Source: Deltaproteobacteria bacterium
Lineage (GTDB): Bacteria > Myxococcota_A > Polyangia > Polyangiales > Houyiibacteriaceae
DNA length: 64,000 nucleotides
Direction: 5' to 3'
Assembly (NCBI GenBank): GCA_034670305.1
Contig: JAXMNT010000023.1
Span: forward strand, 1 to 64,000
In this document: piece after piece, positions 51,962 to 60,632 of the stretch
Numbering within the stretch: the first letter of the stretch is position 1
Layout of the letters: each line of letters starts with the position of its first letter
Position numbers and translations under genes: made by a program
Notes under the pieces: generated by a model
What the model saw: only the letters and a program-made list of their open reading frames with translations
The model's database searches: none
What the model was told of the DNA's origin: nothing

Positions 51962-54292
51962 CTAGCGCGAGCCGGCGGCATCCACCAAGCGAGCGAGAAA
52001 ACCTTCTTCCAATACGTCGAGCTGCTCCCGGGCCGCCTCCTGGATCCGACGGGGCGCGCCGGTGCCGACGATGCGAAACCCGCCGGCCTCATCGATCCGT
52101 GAATACATCGCCGACGCGCGATTCCCCCGCATCTGGGCTCGGAGCGTGTGGAGTGCCTCGATCGTGGATGAACGACCCTCGCGCGCGCTCCACCAGAACG
52201 CTGGCGCGAGCGATTCGATGTGTGCGATCGCTTCGGCGACTCGATCGGGCCGAGCTCGCTCCTGCTGAAGAAGCGCAAAGTCGATCCACGCGCCAAGCCG
52301 GGCCGGCTGGGCCTGCACCGCGCGCGAGAGGTCGGCCTCGGCGGCGTCCAAGTCGCCTCGAGCGAGAAAGAGCTCGCCCCGATAGCAGTACGTGGCCTCG
52401 GCTTCGAGGTACGTGTAGTCCTCCAGCCCTTCTCTCCAATGGGCGAGCGCCAGTTCGTGCTCCCCGAGGAACAAGGCGGCGGCGCCGTAGCCGACGTATC
52501 CCCAGCGGGTCCGCGTCTCGCGCCAGAGCCGACCGAACAGCTCGTAGGCGCGCTCGTAGTCGCCGAGCCAAAGTAGGATCTCGGCGGCGTACGTTTGGTA
52601 GAAGGGCACGTTGGGGTGGGCGCTGGCGAGCTCCTGAAATTCGGCGAGCACGTCTTCTACGGGGCGACGCAGCAGCGTCTCTTGCAGCTGCTCGGCGCGC
52701 CGCCGGGAGGAGCTCAAGCCGTCCTCCCAGCGAAGCACGCCACCCCGCACCGTGGTGATCGTTTCGCTTCGATTGCCACCCAGCAACGAGAGCGCCTGGC
52801 GCAGCGCCTTCAGTGCTTCGGCGTGGGTGGGTTCACTCGGTGGAGCGGCGGCTTGGAGGAGCGCGCGCAGAAGCTCATCGACGATGAACCAGTTCCGATC
52901 GCGAACGCGCCGGCCGGGCGTGCGTTCTTCTTCAAGCAGCGCACGCACGAGCTGCCACGCCACTTGGTCGCCGAGGGACACCTCGCAGATCGCGAGGCAC
53001 GCTTCGTCCAGTCGACCGAGGGCTCCGAGGACTTCCGCTCGCCAGAGCCGGGCGTGTTGATCGTCGGGATCGAGGCGGAGCGCGTGCTCCAGGTGTTCCA
53101 GCGCCAGGTCCGGCTCGCCGCACACATGGTGGGCCGCGCCACGCAGACGATGCAGGTGGGACGAGGGCGCGCCTTCGACCCGGGGCGCGAGCAGGTCCCT
53201 CGCATCCTTCGGCGCGTTTCTCCACAGCAGCAGCGTCGCCAGCACCAGCGCGACGCGGTCGTGATTCGTCTCGTCGGAGGGCGCTCGCAACAAAGACTGC
53301 AGCGTCGTTTCCGCCCGGCGAAAATCGCCCGCGGCGATTCGAGCTTCCGCGCATGCCAGCAGCTCGTCGGCGCTCTGCGCCGTCTCCTCCATGACCTCCG
53401 CCGCACGCATGGCGGCGGATCGATTGCGCGATGTGGCCGCCATCCGCGCGACGTGGTGCGCGCGACGAAACGCAAGATCGCGCCGGCCCTCGGAGAGCGG
53501 GAGTGCGCGTACGAGGCAGTCGATCGCGTCGTTCCGGTGGCCGAGTCGGTCGAGCAGTTGTGCGGACTCGAACGCGCCGGGCGCGCCTCCATCGTCTGCG
53601 GCCGCCATCGCGAGCGATCGGGCCGCGCTCACATCGCCGCAGAGGGCAGCGCGCAGTGCGCCGACCACGCGTGCCGAGCGGTCGCCCCGTTCACTCGGCA
53701 CGCACCCGAGCGCCTCCGCGAACCGGCCGGCGGCCAGCAGCAGTCCCCAACGAAGCTCGTCCGCATCGGCCACCGCGGGGGGCGGGACCGTCGACTCGTC
53801 AGCACGATGTTTCTTGGGGGCACAGCCCCCAAACCCCGTCCCGGTGACACGGCTTGCTCGCTTTGCTCGGCTTCGCCGCGTCGAATGTTCGGCGGAGCGC
53901 GTGAGGAGCGCGTCGGCGGCGGCGAGCGCGGGCTCGCATGGTTCCATGCCGCCAAGCGATGGGAGCGAGCGGAGCGTGCGGTGAAACTGGACGGTCGCCT
54001 CCAGCCATCGGATCGCTTCGGGCGACTTCCGCAGCTGGCGTCGCACGGCGTGCGCCAGTCGTTTCAAATCGGTGGCGTCGGGCCCCCACCGCTCGCTGAC
54101 CTTGGCGGGCGGCGAGAGTCCGACCAAGAACCACCGCTCCTGCGGAGCCTGGTAGAGAAACTCGACCCGGCCTTCGCGCAGATAGACGGCCTCGGGTCGG
54201 AGCCCTCGTGGCCATCGCGCCAGCCAGGCGGGAAGCGCCAAACGAATCCTCCTCGAAGGGCGCCCTCGGTCCTCTCGCATCGGCCCGAACAT
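51962..54292 (-). CDS. Large TPR protein
   Basis: Several TPRs (ALEHLEHALRLDPDD..ARLWRAE; YCYRGELFLARGDLDAAEADLSRA); no signal peptide. Confidence 0.82.
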   Translation of the reverse strand: MFGPMREDRGRPSRRIRLALPAWLARWPRGLRPEAVYLREGRVEFLYQAPQERWFLVGLSPPAKVSERWGPDATDLKRLAHAVRRQLRKSPEAIRWLEATVQFHRTLRSLPSLGGMEPCEPALAAADALLTRSAEHSTRRSRAKRASRVTGTGFGGCAPKKHRADESTVPPPAVADADELRWGLLLAAGRFAEALGCVPSERGDRSARVVGALRAALCGDVSAARSLAMAAADDGGAPGAFESAQLLDRLGHRNDAIDCLVRALPLSEGRRDLAFRRAHHVARMAATSRNRSAAMRAAEVMEETAQSADELLACAEARIAAGDFRRAETTLQSLLRAPSDETNHDRVALVLATLLLWRNAPKDARDLLAPRVEGAPSSHLHRLRGAAHHVCGEPDLALEHLEHALRLDPDDQHARLWRAEVLGALGRLDEACLAICEVSLGDQVAWQLVRALLEEERTPGRRVRDRNWFIVDELLRALLQAAAPPSEPTHAEALKALRQALSLLGGNRSETITTVRGGVLRWEDGLSSSRRRAEQLQETLLRRPVEDVLAEFQELASAHPNVPFYQTYAAEILLWLGDYERAYELFGRLWRETRTRWGYVGYGAAALFLGEHELALAHWREGLEDYTYLEAEATYCYRGELFLARGDLDAAEADLSRAVQAQPARLGAWIDFALLQQERARPDRVAEAIAHIESLAPAFWWSAREGRSSTIEALHTLRAQMRGNRASAMYSRIDEAGGFRIVGTGAPRRIQEAAREQLDVLEEGFLARLVDAAGSR
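53790..53884. repeat. REP-like palindromic segment inside the TPR gene
   Basis: TTGGGGGC-aca-GCCCCCAA and CGGC-ttc-GCCG hairpins; same GGGGC-aca-GCCCC core as the intergenic element at 4523-4535. Confidence 0.55.
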
Positions 54293-54370
54293 ACATGAGC
54301 TTGCTGGAAGGTCCGGACGCGATTCGGCTCGGGTCGTCCAACGGGGGCTCTGTGAATCCGGTGACTGGGC

Positions 54371-55696
54371 CTACTGCCGCATCCAACACCGGGCCTCTTG
54401 AACGACGCTGAAGGGCGTGCAGAACATGGAGTTGGTCTCGCAACGCCGACCTGCCGGCGCGCTGACGTAGCACGGGCTCTCGGCCGAGCCTCCCACGTCG
54501 CTGTCGAAGTGCCCGCCTTTGCCATCGAGGAGAAGCAGAAGCGCGAACGCGAACCAAAGGGCCACGTGGAACCGGTTGTGCTTGGGGTCGAGTGGGTTCG
54601 ACCAGCCGGTTCGGCGGCCAAGCCAGGCGCCCATCCGCCCGCCCCATGCGTCGAAACGCAGGGCGAGGAGATTGACCACGGGCAGGAACGCGACCTTGGA
54701 CCAAAAGTCGCTGTGACCCGTGGCGAAGAGCGCGGCTTGCAGCGCCACCATACCCAGCGCCACAGCAACGCCGAAGAGGACCCGTCCAGGCTGGGTCTTC
54801 GGCATGGTCGACGGGTCCGTGATGAGAAGACACAGGACCACCGTGACCGGCGCAAACACCGGACCGATGCTCTCGGTCAGCGAAAAGACCCAGGGCACCA
54901 CCACCAAGGTCAGGCTGGCGGCCAGAGTCACGAGGACGATCGGCACCCGCAACTGAACGATCAGCGCGAGCACCAGGACGAGCTCGACGATGTTGGGCGG
55001 AGACGCGAACTCGTGGGCGAAGTCCGGGGTCGAGTGGACGAAGCCGAGATCCAGGATGGCCATCGCCATGAGTCCCACCGCCGAGGGGTTGAACACGGGC
55101 CGGCCATCTCGTTGAACGAAGTGCTTCGTCGCCAGTCCGAGAAAAACTCCAACCGAGCCCATCCACCAGTCCGAGCCAGAGTACTGCGCGAGCAGGTAGG
55201 TACTCAGCACGACCGGCAAAGGGCCTGCGCCCGCGCGCCACGTTCCGCGCGCCAACACGGACAGCGCCATGTCCGCGGGGAAGCTGAGCACCAAGAGTAT
55301 CGTCACCGTCGGGATGAACTGGCGTCCGGTCGGCCAGTGCGCGAACCAATAGGCGAAGATGACAACCTGCAGCATGGCGGGCAGCAGGTGGGTGATCTTG
55401 AATCGCCAGGTGACGTCGACTTGCTGTTGGCGCCAGATCACCACCACAAGGGTCACGACGACCACCGTCGTCACGAACTGCAGGCTGGTCAGAAGTTGCT
55501 GGAACGCGAAGTCGTCGAAGAGCGCACCGATGGCAGGCACCTCGGCCACGGCCAGCACCGACGTGAACAAGAGGAGGGCGCTTGCCAGAAGGATGGGTCG
55601 GCCCTCGACAACCCGCTTCTGGTCCGCGTCGTTCACTTCGCTCAAGGCCCGAGTATCACACGGGGCGTTTCGATGGCGGAACGCCAAGCCAAGCAC
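54371..55696 (-). CDS. RnfD/NqrB-superfamily (UnbU-like) membrane protein
   Basis: KHF..RDGRPVFNPSA, LITDPSTMPKT..GRVLFG; many TM helices; Cys-containing C-terminal tail; start uncertain. Confidence 0.72.
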   Translation of the reverse strand: MLGLAFRHRNAPCDTRALSEVNDADQKRVVEGRPILLASALLLFTSVLAVAEVPAIGALFDDFAFQQLLTSLQFVTTVVVVTLVVVIWRQQQVDVTWRFKITHLLPAMLQVVIFAYWFAHWPTGRQFIPTVTILLVLSFPADMALSVLARGTWRAGAGPLPVVLSTYLLAQYSGSDWWMGSVGVFLGLATKHFVQRDGRPVFNPSAVGLMAMAILDLGFVHSTPDFAHEFASPPNIVELVLVLALIVQLRVPIVLVTLAASLTLVVVPWVFSLTESIGPVFAPVTVVLCLLITDPSTMPKTQPGRVLFGVAVALGMVALQAALFATGHSDFWSKVAFLPVVNLLALRFDAWGGRMGAWLGRRTGWSNPLDPKHNRFHVALWFAFALLLLLDGKGGHFDSDVGGSAESPCYVSAPAGRRCETNSMFCTPFSVVQEARCWMRQ

Positions 55697-55735
55697 GCGT
55701 GCGCGCTCGGAATCGTGCCCGCGTGCGCGATCCGC

Positions 55736-56824
55736 CTACTCCTCGGAGGTGTCCGCGCCGTCCCCATCGTCGCCCGCGTCTTCGTGCAGCGGCACGCGCG
55801 CGGGGAGCTGGCGGTAGGCATACACGAAGTACGACGCCCCGAGCAGCACGCCGGGGATCCACCAGTAGAGCGCGACCGTGAGCGCGTGCGTGAGGTTCGC
55901 TGCATCGCTCAAGTGCAGCGAGCGCTCGGGGATCCGCGCCAAGAGCACGTATGGAAAGATCGCGTAGGCCGCGCTCCCGATCAAGAACGCGATCCACGCG
56001 GCGCTCGCCCGGAACGCCCGCGCCCACCGTTGGGTCCGAATCGCATGGCCGAGCACGGCGAGACTCACCGCGCCGAGGGCCGGGAACACGATCCCCACAG
56101 GGCGCGCCCCGAGGTTGTGCGTGAGGTTCGGTTGCACCCAGGCGGTCGCACCGGTGAGCGCGACGGTCAGCACCAGCGCGGCCACGTAGAGTCTCTTGGC
56201 GTCGTTGGCGGCCCGCCCAGCCACCACGCCTTCCAATCGACTCGCGAGCCACAGCGCACCATGGAGCGCGAGGACCGCGACGGTGGTCAGCCCGCAGAGC
56301 ACGGTGAACACATCGAGTACGCCGGTCTGGCCCTCGGCCCCGGGCGCCGGCCAGAACACGTCGCTCCAGAGTGGCGCGAAGAAGATGCCCTCTTCGTCGA
56401 GCGACACCCCACGCACCACGTTGCCGAGCGCGGCGCCGAGCCCGAACGCCAAGAGCGCACTCGCCACCGCGAACGAAGTGTCCCACAAGCGGTCGAAGAG
56501 CCGGTGCGGCATCAGGTGGCGCATCTCGATGCCGAGCGCTCGAAATACGAGCAGCCAGAGCACCATCATCAAGGGTAGGTAGAACCCGCTGAACGCCACG
56601 CCGAAGAGTCTCGGGAACGCGAGAAAGAGCGTGGCGCCGCCGACCACGATCCAGACCTCGTTGCCGTCCCACACCGGGCCGATGGAGCGGAGCACCTGGC
56701 GCCGCTCGTCGTCGGTCTTGGCCACCCGCAGATGCAGGATGCCGACGCCGAGATCGAATCCGTCGAGCACCGCGTAGGCGATGAGCGGAAGGGCGGCGAG
56801 CACGAACCAGGTCGTTTCGAGCAT
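55736..56824 (-). CDS. cydB: Cytochrome bd ubiquinol oxidase subunit II
   Basis: YAVLDGFDLGVG, SIGPVWDGNEVW, FSGFY, FRALGIE. Confidence 0.96.
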   Translation of the reverse strand: MLETTWFVLAALPLIAYAVLDGFDLGVGILHLRVAKTDDERRQVLRSIGPVWDGNEVWIVVGGATLFLAFPRLFGVAFSGFYLPLMMVLWLLVFRALGIEMRHLMPHRLFDRLWDTSFAVASALLAFGLGAALGNVVRGVSLDEEGIFFAPLWSDVFWPAPGAEGQTGVLDVFTVLCGLTTVAVLALHGALWLASRLEGVVAGRAANDAKRLYVAALVLTVALTGATAWVQPNLTHNLGARPVGIVFPALGAVSLAVLGHAIRTQRWARAFRASAAWIAFLIGSAAYAIFPYVLLARIPERSLHLSDAANLTHALTVALYWWIPGVLLGASYFVYAYRQLPARVPLHEDAGDDGDGADTSEE

Positions 56825-58158
56825 CAGTGCGACTCCGATGCCGAGCCAGTCGCGGGGCCCTTTTGGACGATCTTCACGAGCGCCAAGATGTAGACCAGCG
56901 AGAGCAACGCGTAGAGCCCCATGAAGCCGAGCAGTGTGAACAGCGTGTTGCCGCCCGACACCTGCAGCGAGGTGCCGTCGGCGGTGCGCATGACGCCATG
57001 AATCAGCCACGGCTGCCGCCCGAGCTCCGAGGTCATCCAGCCGGCCGTGTTGGCGATGAACGGGAAGGGCGTTGCGATCAAAAGCGCCCAGAGCAGAAGC
57101 CGCTTCTTGCGGAGCGTGCCGCGTTTGAGGAAGAACGCGGCCAGCACCATGAGCGCCATGAACATGGTCCCGAGCCCCACCATCACGTGGTAGGCGTAGT
57201 AGAGCAGCGGCACGTTGTCGGGCCACTCCGCGCGCGGGTACTCGTTCAGGCCTTCAATGCGCGACGCCCACCGCTGGTGCGTCATGATCGAGAGCATGCG
57301 CGGGGCGACGATCGGGTTGTCGATCGTCATCGTCTCCATGTTGGGTTGACCCACGATCACGAGGCCCGCGCCCTCTTCGGTCTCGAAGTGACCCTCCATC
57401 GCAGCGAAGGTGATCGGCTGATGTTCCGCGACCATCTTCGACTGCAGATCGCCGGTGGGCAGCGCGATCGCGATCGAGCTCAGCACGCCGGCCACGATGC
57501 CCACCTTCAAGAAGAGCGCCGCGTGTTCGCGGTGTTCGTCGAGCAGCGTGTAGTAGGCCCCGATGCCGGTCATCACGAACGACGCGGTCACCACCGAGCC
57601 CACCATCGTGTGCGCGTACTGCACGAAGGCCCACGGGTTGGTGAGGTACGCGGAGAGACTCACGAGCGCGATGGTTCCGTCGTCCAGGACTTCGTGGCCG
57701 ACGGGGTGTTGCATGAACGCGTTGGTCACGATGATGAACCAGCCGCTCATCCACGTGCCGACACACACCGCGACCGCGGCCGCGAAGTGGGCCCGCGCGC
57801 TCAGGCGCTTCTCTCCGTAGACCAAGAGCCCGAGGAACGCGGACTCCAGCACGAACGCGAACACGCCCTCCATCGCGAGCGTCTGCGAGATCACCCCGCC
57901 GGACGCTTCGCTGAAGCGCGCCCAGTTGGTCCCGAACTGGAACTCGAGCGGGATGCCGGTGACCACGCCCATCACGAACGCGAGCGCGAAGACCTTGATC
58001 CAGAACCGCGCCGCTTCGTTCGCGCGGACGTTGCCGCGCAGGCCCATGTACTTGAGCACCGCGATCAGGAGCGCGAGCCCCATCGTCAGCTGGGGAAAGA
58101 GGTAGTGGTACGTGATGGTGAACGCGAACTGAAACCGGTGGGCGGTCAGCGCATCCAT
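56824..58158 (-). CDS. cydA: Cytochrome bd ubiquinol oxidase subunit I (short Q-loop)
   Basis: RFQFA...YHYLF, GVVTGIPLEFQFGTNW, AAMEG, YHVMVG, ELGRQPW. Confidence 0.97.
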   Translation of the reverse strand: MDALTAHRFQFAFTITYHYLFPQLTMGLALLIAVLKYMGLRGNVRANEAARFWIKVFALAFVMGVVTGIPLEFQFGTNWARFSEASGGVISQTLAMEGVFAFVLESAFLGLLVYGEKRLSARAHFAAAVAVCVGTWMSGWFIIVTNAFMQHPVGHEVLDDGTIALVSLSAYLTNPWAFVQYAHTMVGSVVTASFVMTGIGAYYTLLDEHREHAALFLKVGIVAGVLSSIAIALPTGDLQSKMVAEHQPITFAAMEGHFETEEGAGLVIVGQPNMETMTIDNPIVAPRMLSIMTHQRWASRIEGLNEYPRAEWPDNVPLLYYAYHVMVGLGTMFMALMVLAAFFLKRGTLRKKRLLLWALLIATPFPFIANTAGWMTSELGRQPWLIHGVMRTADGTSLQVSGGNTLFTLLGFMGLYALLSLVYILALVKIVQKGPATGSASESH

Positions 58159-58304
58159 GGATGGGACTCCATTGCGGAGGAGTCTGGGACCAGAGCGTGG
58201 CTTTCTCCAGTTCTACGTGGTCTCTACGTGGTCGGCACCGTTCCGATGGGCACGATCAGCGCCGGGCGAAGGTCCAACGGCGGGTTGACTGGTATCCTTC
58301 GCGT

Positions 58305-60542
58305 ATGCGCTTCGCTTCTTCCTGGTTGTTGTGGTCGTCGATTCTCTTGGCTGGCTGTGGATGCGGACCGGAGCCGGGGGATGGGGGCGAGGGCGATCCC
58401 TGCACCGTGGCGTCCGATTGCAACATCGGATTGGCTTGCATCGACGAGACGTGTCGGCGCCGGGACGTGGACGGCGGGCCGAACGATGGCGGCGGGGTCG
58501 ACGCGCTGCGGGCGGACACCGGACCGGTCTGTCCACCGGCGCTTCGGTGCGTGGACGCCTGTTGCACCGAAGCCGAGGAATGCGTGGAAGGCTCGTGTCT
58601 GGCCGCATGCGAGAGCGGGCTGCGCTGCGGACCGGAGTCCACGTGCTGCGCGACCGGTGACTTCTGCATCGACGATGCCTGCGTGGCGCCGGGCGACGAG
58701 TGCACCGATGTGATCGACTGCCCCGCCGACGCGATCTGCGATCCGGGACTTGGACGTTGTCTCCCCCGAAGCAGCGAACGGTGTGAGTACTTCCCGCCGG
58801 CGGGCGTGTTCGAGCCGGCGCAGGAATGGCACTGGTCGGGCAGCGACGTCGAACCAGGGTATGTGCACGTGATGATGACGCCGGTGGTCGGCGACGTGAC
58901 CGGCGACGGCGTGCCGGAGGTCGTGTTCATGACCTACGCCGCCGGCAGCAGCTACGGCGGGCGCGGCGTCCTGCGCATCGTACGCGGCAGCGACGGCACC
59001 GAGGTGAACTCGATCGTCGATCCGGTGCTCTGCGGCGACTCGGGTCTCGCGCTCGGCGACCTCGACGGCGACGGCACGCCGGAGATCGTGGTCGGTGGTC
59101 CTTGCGCCAATGGCCAGATCCACGCGTTCCACGCGGACGGGTCCTTGGTCTGGCGGAGCATGCGACCAGACGACACGCCGTTCCTCACAACGCTCGACTT
59201 CGGCGCGATCTCGATCGCCGACCTCGAGGGCGACGGGCAAGCAGAGGTCGTGCTCGGTGGCACCGTGCTCGAGTCGACCGGTGTGCTGCGATTCGAAGGG
59301 CGCGGCACCGGGTACAACTGCTGCGGCGCCACCCCGCGCGCGATGTTGTCGACGGCCTACGACGTGGCGGGCGACGAAGACTTGGAGGTCGTGGGCGCCA
59401 CCGCGGTGTGGAACGCGGACGGCACCCCTCTCTGGGATCTGCCGGCCCTCGAAGAGGGATTCATCGCGGTCGCAGACTTCTTCGAAGATGGGCTCGCGGA
59501 CATCGTGGTGGTGCACAACGGGTTCACCTCCATCCGGCGCGCGAACGACGGCATGGTGGTCTGGGGACCGCACGCGCAACCGGGCGGAGGACGCGGTGGT
59601 CCGCCCACGGTCGCCGACTTCGACGGAGACGGGCTGCCCGAGATCGGCGTCGCGGGCGCGGCGAGCTACTCGGTCTTCGATCCAGACGGCCACGTGGCCG
59701 GCGGTCCCATCGTGCTCTGGTCCCAGGTGACGCAGGACACGAGCTCCAACATCACCGGCTCGAGCGTGTTCGACTTCGACGGGGATGGGCGCGCCGAGGT
59801 GGTCTACAACGACGAGTGCTACATGCGCATCTACTCAGGCACCGACGGCACGGTGCTCCGCGAGGTCGCGCAGCACTCGCACACCCTGGTGGAGTACCCC
59901 GTGATCGCGGACATCGACGCGGACGGCAACGCGGAGATCGTGTTCGCCGCCAACGCGCTCGTCGCACGCTGCGCGGCGATCCCCGGCTACCCGGGCAACC
60001 TCGCCGGGGTCCGGGCGTTCGGTGACGAACTCGACAACTGGGTCGGCACCCGACCGGTTTGGAACCAGCACACCTACGCCATCACCGGCGTGCGGGCCGA
60101 CCTCTCGATTCCGCCCCGGCCGGTGGTCAACCACACCCGGTTCAACAACTTCCGCCAGAACTCGCAGTCGTTCGACGCACCGAACCTGGTGGTCGAACTC
60201 GGCGAAGCGGGGACCAGCTGCTCGCCGGAAGAGATCCTGCGCGCCACGGTGACCAACCGCGGTGCGGTGACGGTGGGCGCTGGGCTCGCGGTCTCCTTCT
60301 ACGCCGGCACCGTCGCGGCGCCGGGCCGCCTCTTCGGCACCGTGCGCACCACCCGCGCCATCCCGCCTGGCTCGAGTGAAGAAGTGGAGTTGCGCTTCGA
60401 TGTGGTCGAAGGCGAGTCCGGGGTCGACCAGCCGTACTTCGTGCGGGTGGACGACGTCGGGGACGGGCGCGGCGAACACAACGAGTGCCTCGAAGACGAC
60501 AACGAACACGAAGGCACCTTCCGCTGCAGCGGCCTCGACTGA
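58305..60542 (+). CDS. Lipoprotein: Cys-rich N-terminus, FG-GAP repeats, CARDB/Ig-like C-terminus
   Basis: LAGCGC lipobox; DLDGDG/DFDGDG repeats; DTSSNITGSSVFDFDGDG.AEVVYNDE; WNQHTY; NRG...ECLEDDN. Confidence 0.88.
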   Translation: MRFASSWLLWSSILLAGCGCGPEPGDGGEGDPCTVASDCNIGLACIDETCRRRDVDGGPNDGGGVDALRADTGPVCPPALRCVDACCTEAEECVEGSCLAACESGLRCGPESTCCATGDFCIDDACVAPGDECTDVIDCPADAICDPGLGRCLPRSSERCEYFPPAGVFEPAQEWHWSGSDVEPGYVHVMMTPVVGDVTGDGVPEVVFMTYAAGSSYGGRGVLRIVRGSDGTEVNSIVDPVLCGDSGLALGDLDGDGTPEIVVGGPCANGQIHAFHADGSLVWRSMRPDDTPFLTTLDFGAISIADLEGDGQAEVVLGGTVLESTGVLRFEGRGTGYNCCGATPRAMLSTAYDVAGDEDLEVVGATAVWNADGTPLWDLPALEEGFIAVADFFEDGLADIVVVHNGFTSIRRANDGMVVWGPHAQPGGGRGGPPTVADFDGDGLPEIGVAGAASYSVFDPDGHVAGGPIVLWSQVTQDTSSNITGSSVFDFDGDGRAEVVYNDECYMRIYSGTDGTVLREVAQHSHTLVEYPVIADIDADGNAEIVFAANALVARCAAIPGYPGNLAGVRAFGDELDNWVGTRPVWNQHTYAITGVRADLSIPPRPVVNHTRFNNFRQNSQSFDAPNLVVELGEAGTSCSPEEILRATVTNRGAVTVGAGLAVSFYAGTVAAPGRLFGTVRTTRAIPPGSSEEVELRFDVVEGESGVDQPYFVRVDDVGDGRGEHNECLEDDNEHEGTFRCSGLD

Positions 60543-60568
60543 ACAGCCGCGAATGAACGGCTACGTAG

Positions 60569-60600
60569 GGCCGCCAGTCTCGCGAAGCGAGCCAGGCCCG
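60569..60600. repeat. 32-bp dispersed structured repeat, copy 2
   Basis: GGCCGCCAGTCTCGCGAAGCGAGCCAGGCCCG; internal CTCGC-gaa-GCGAG stem. Confidence 0.8.
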
Positions 60601-60632
60601 TAGCGTAGAAAAACAGTCTACGATGCCGCGCC

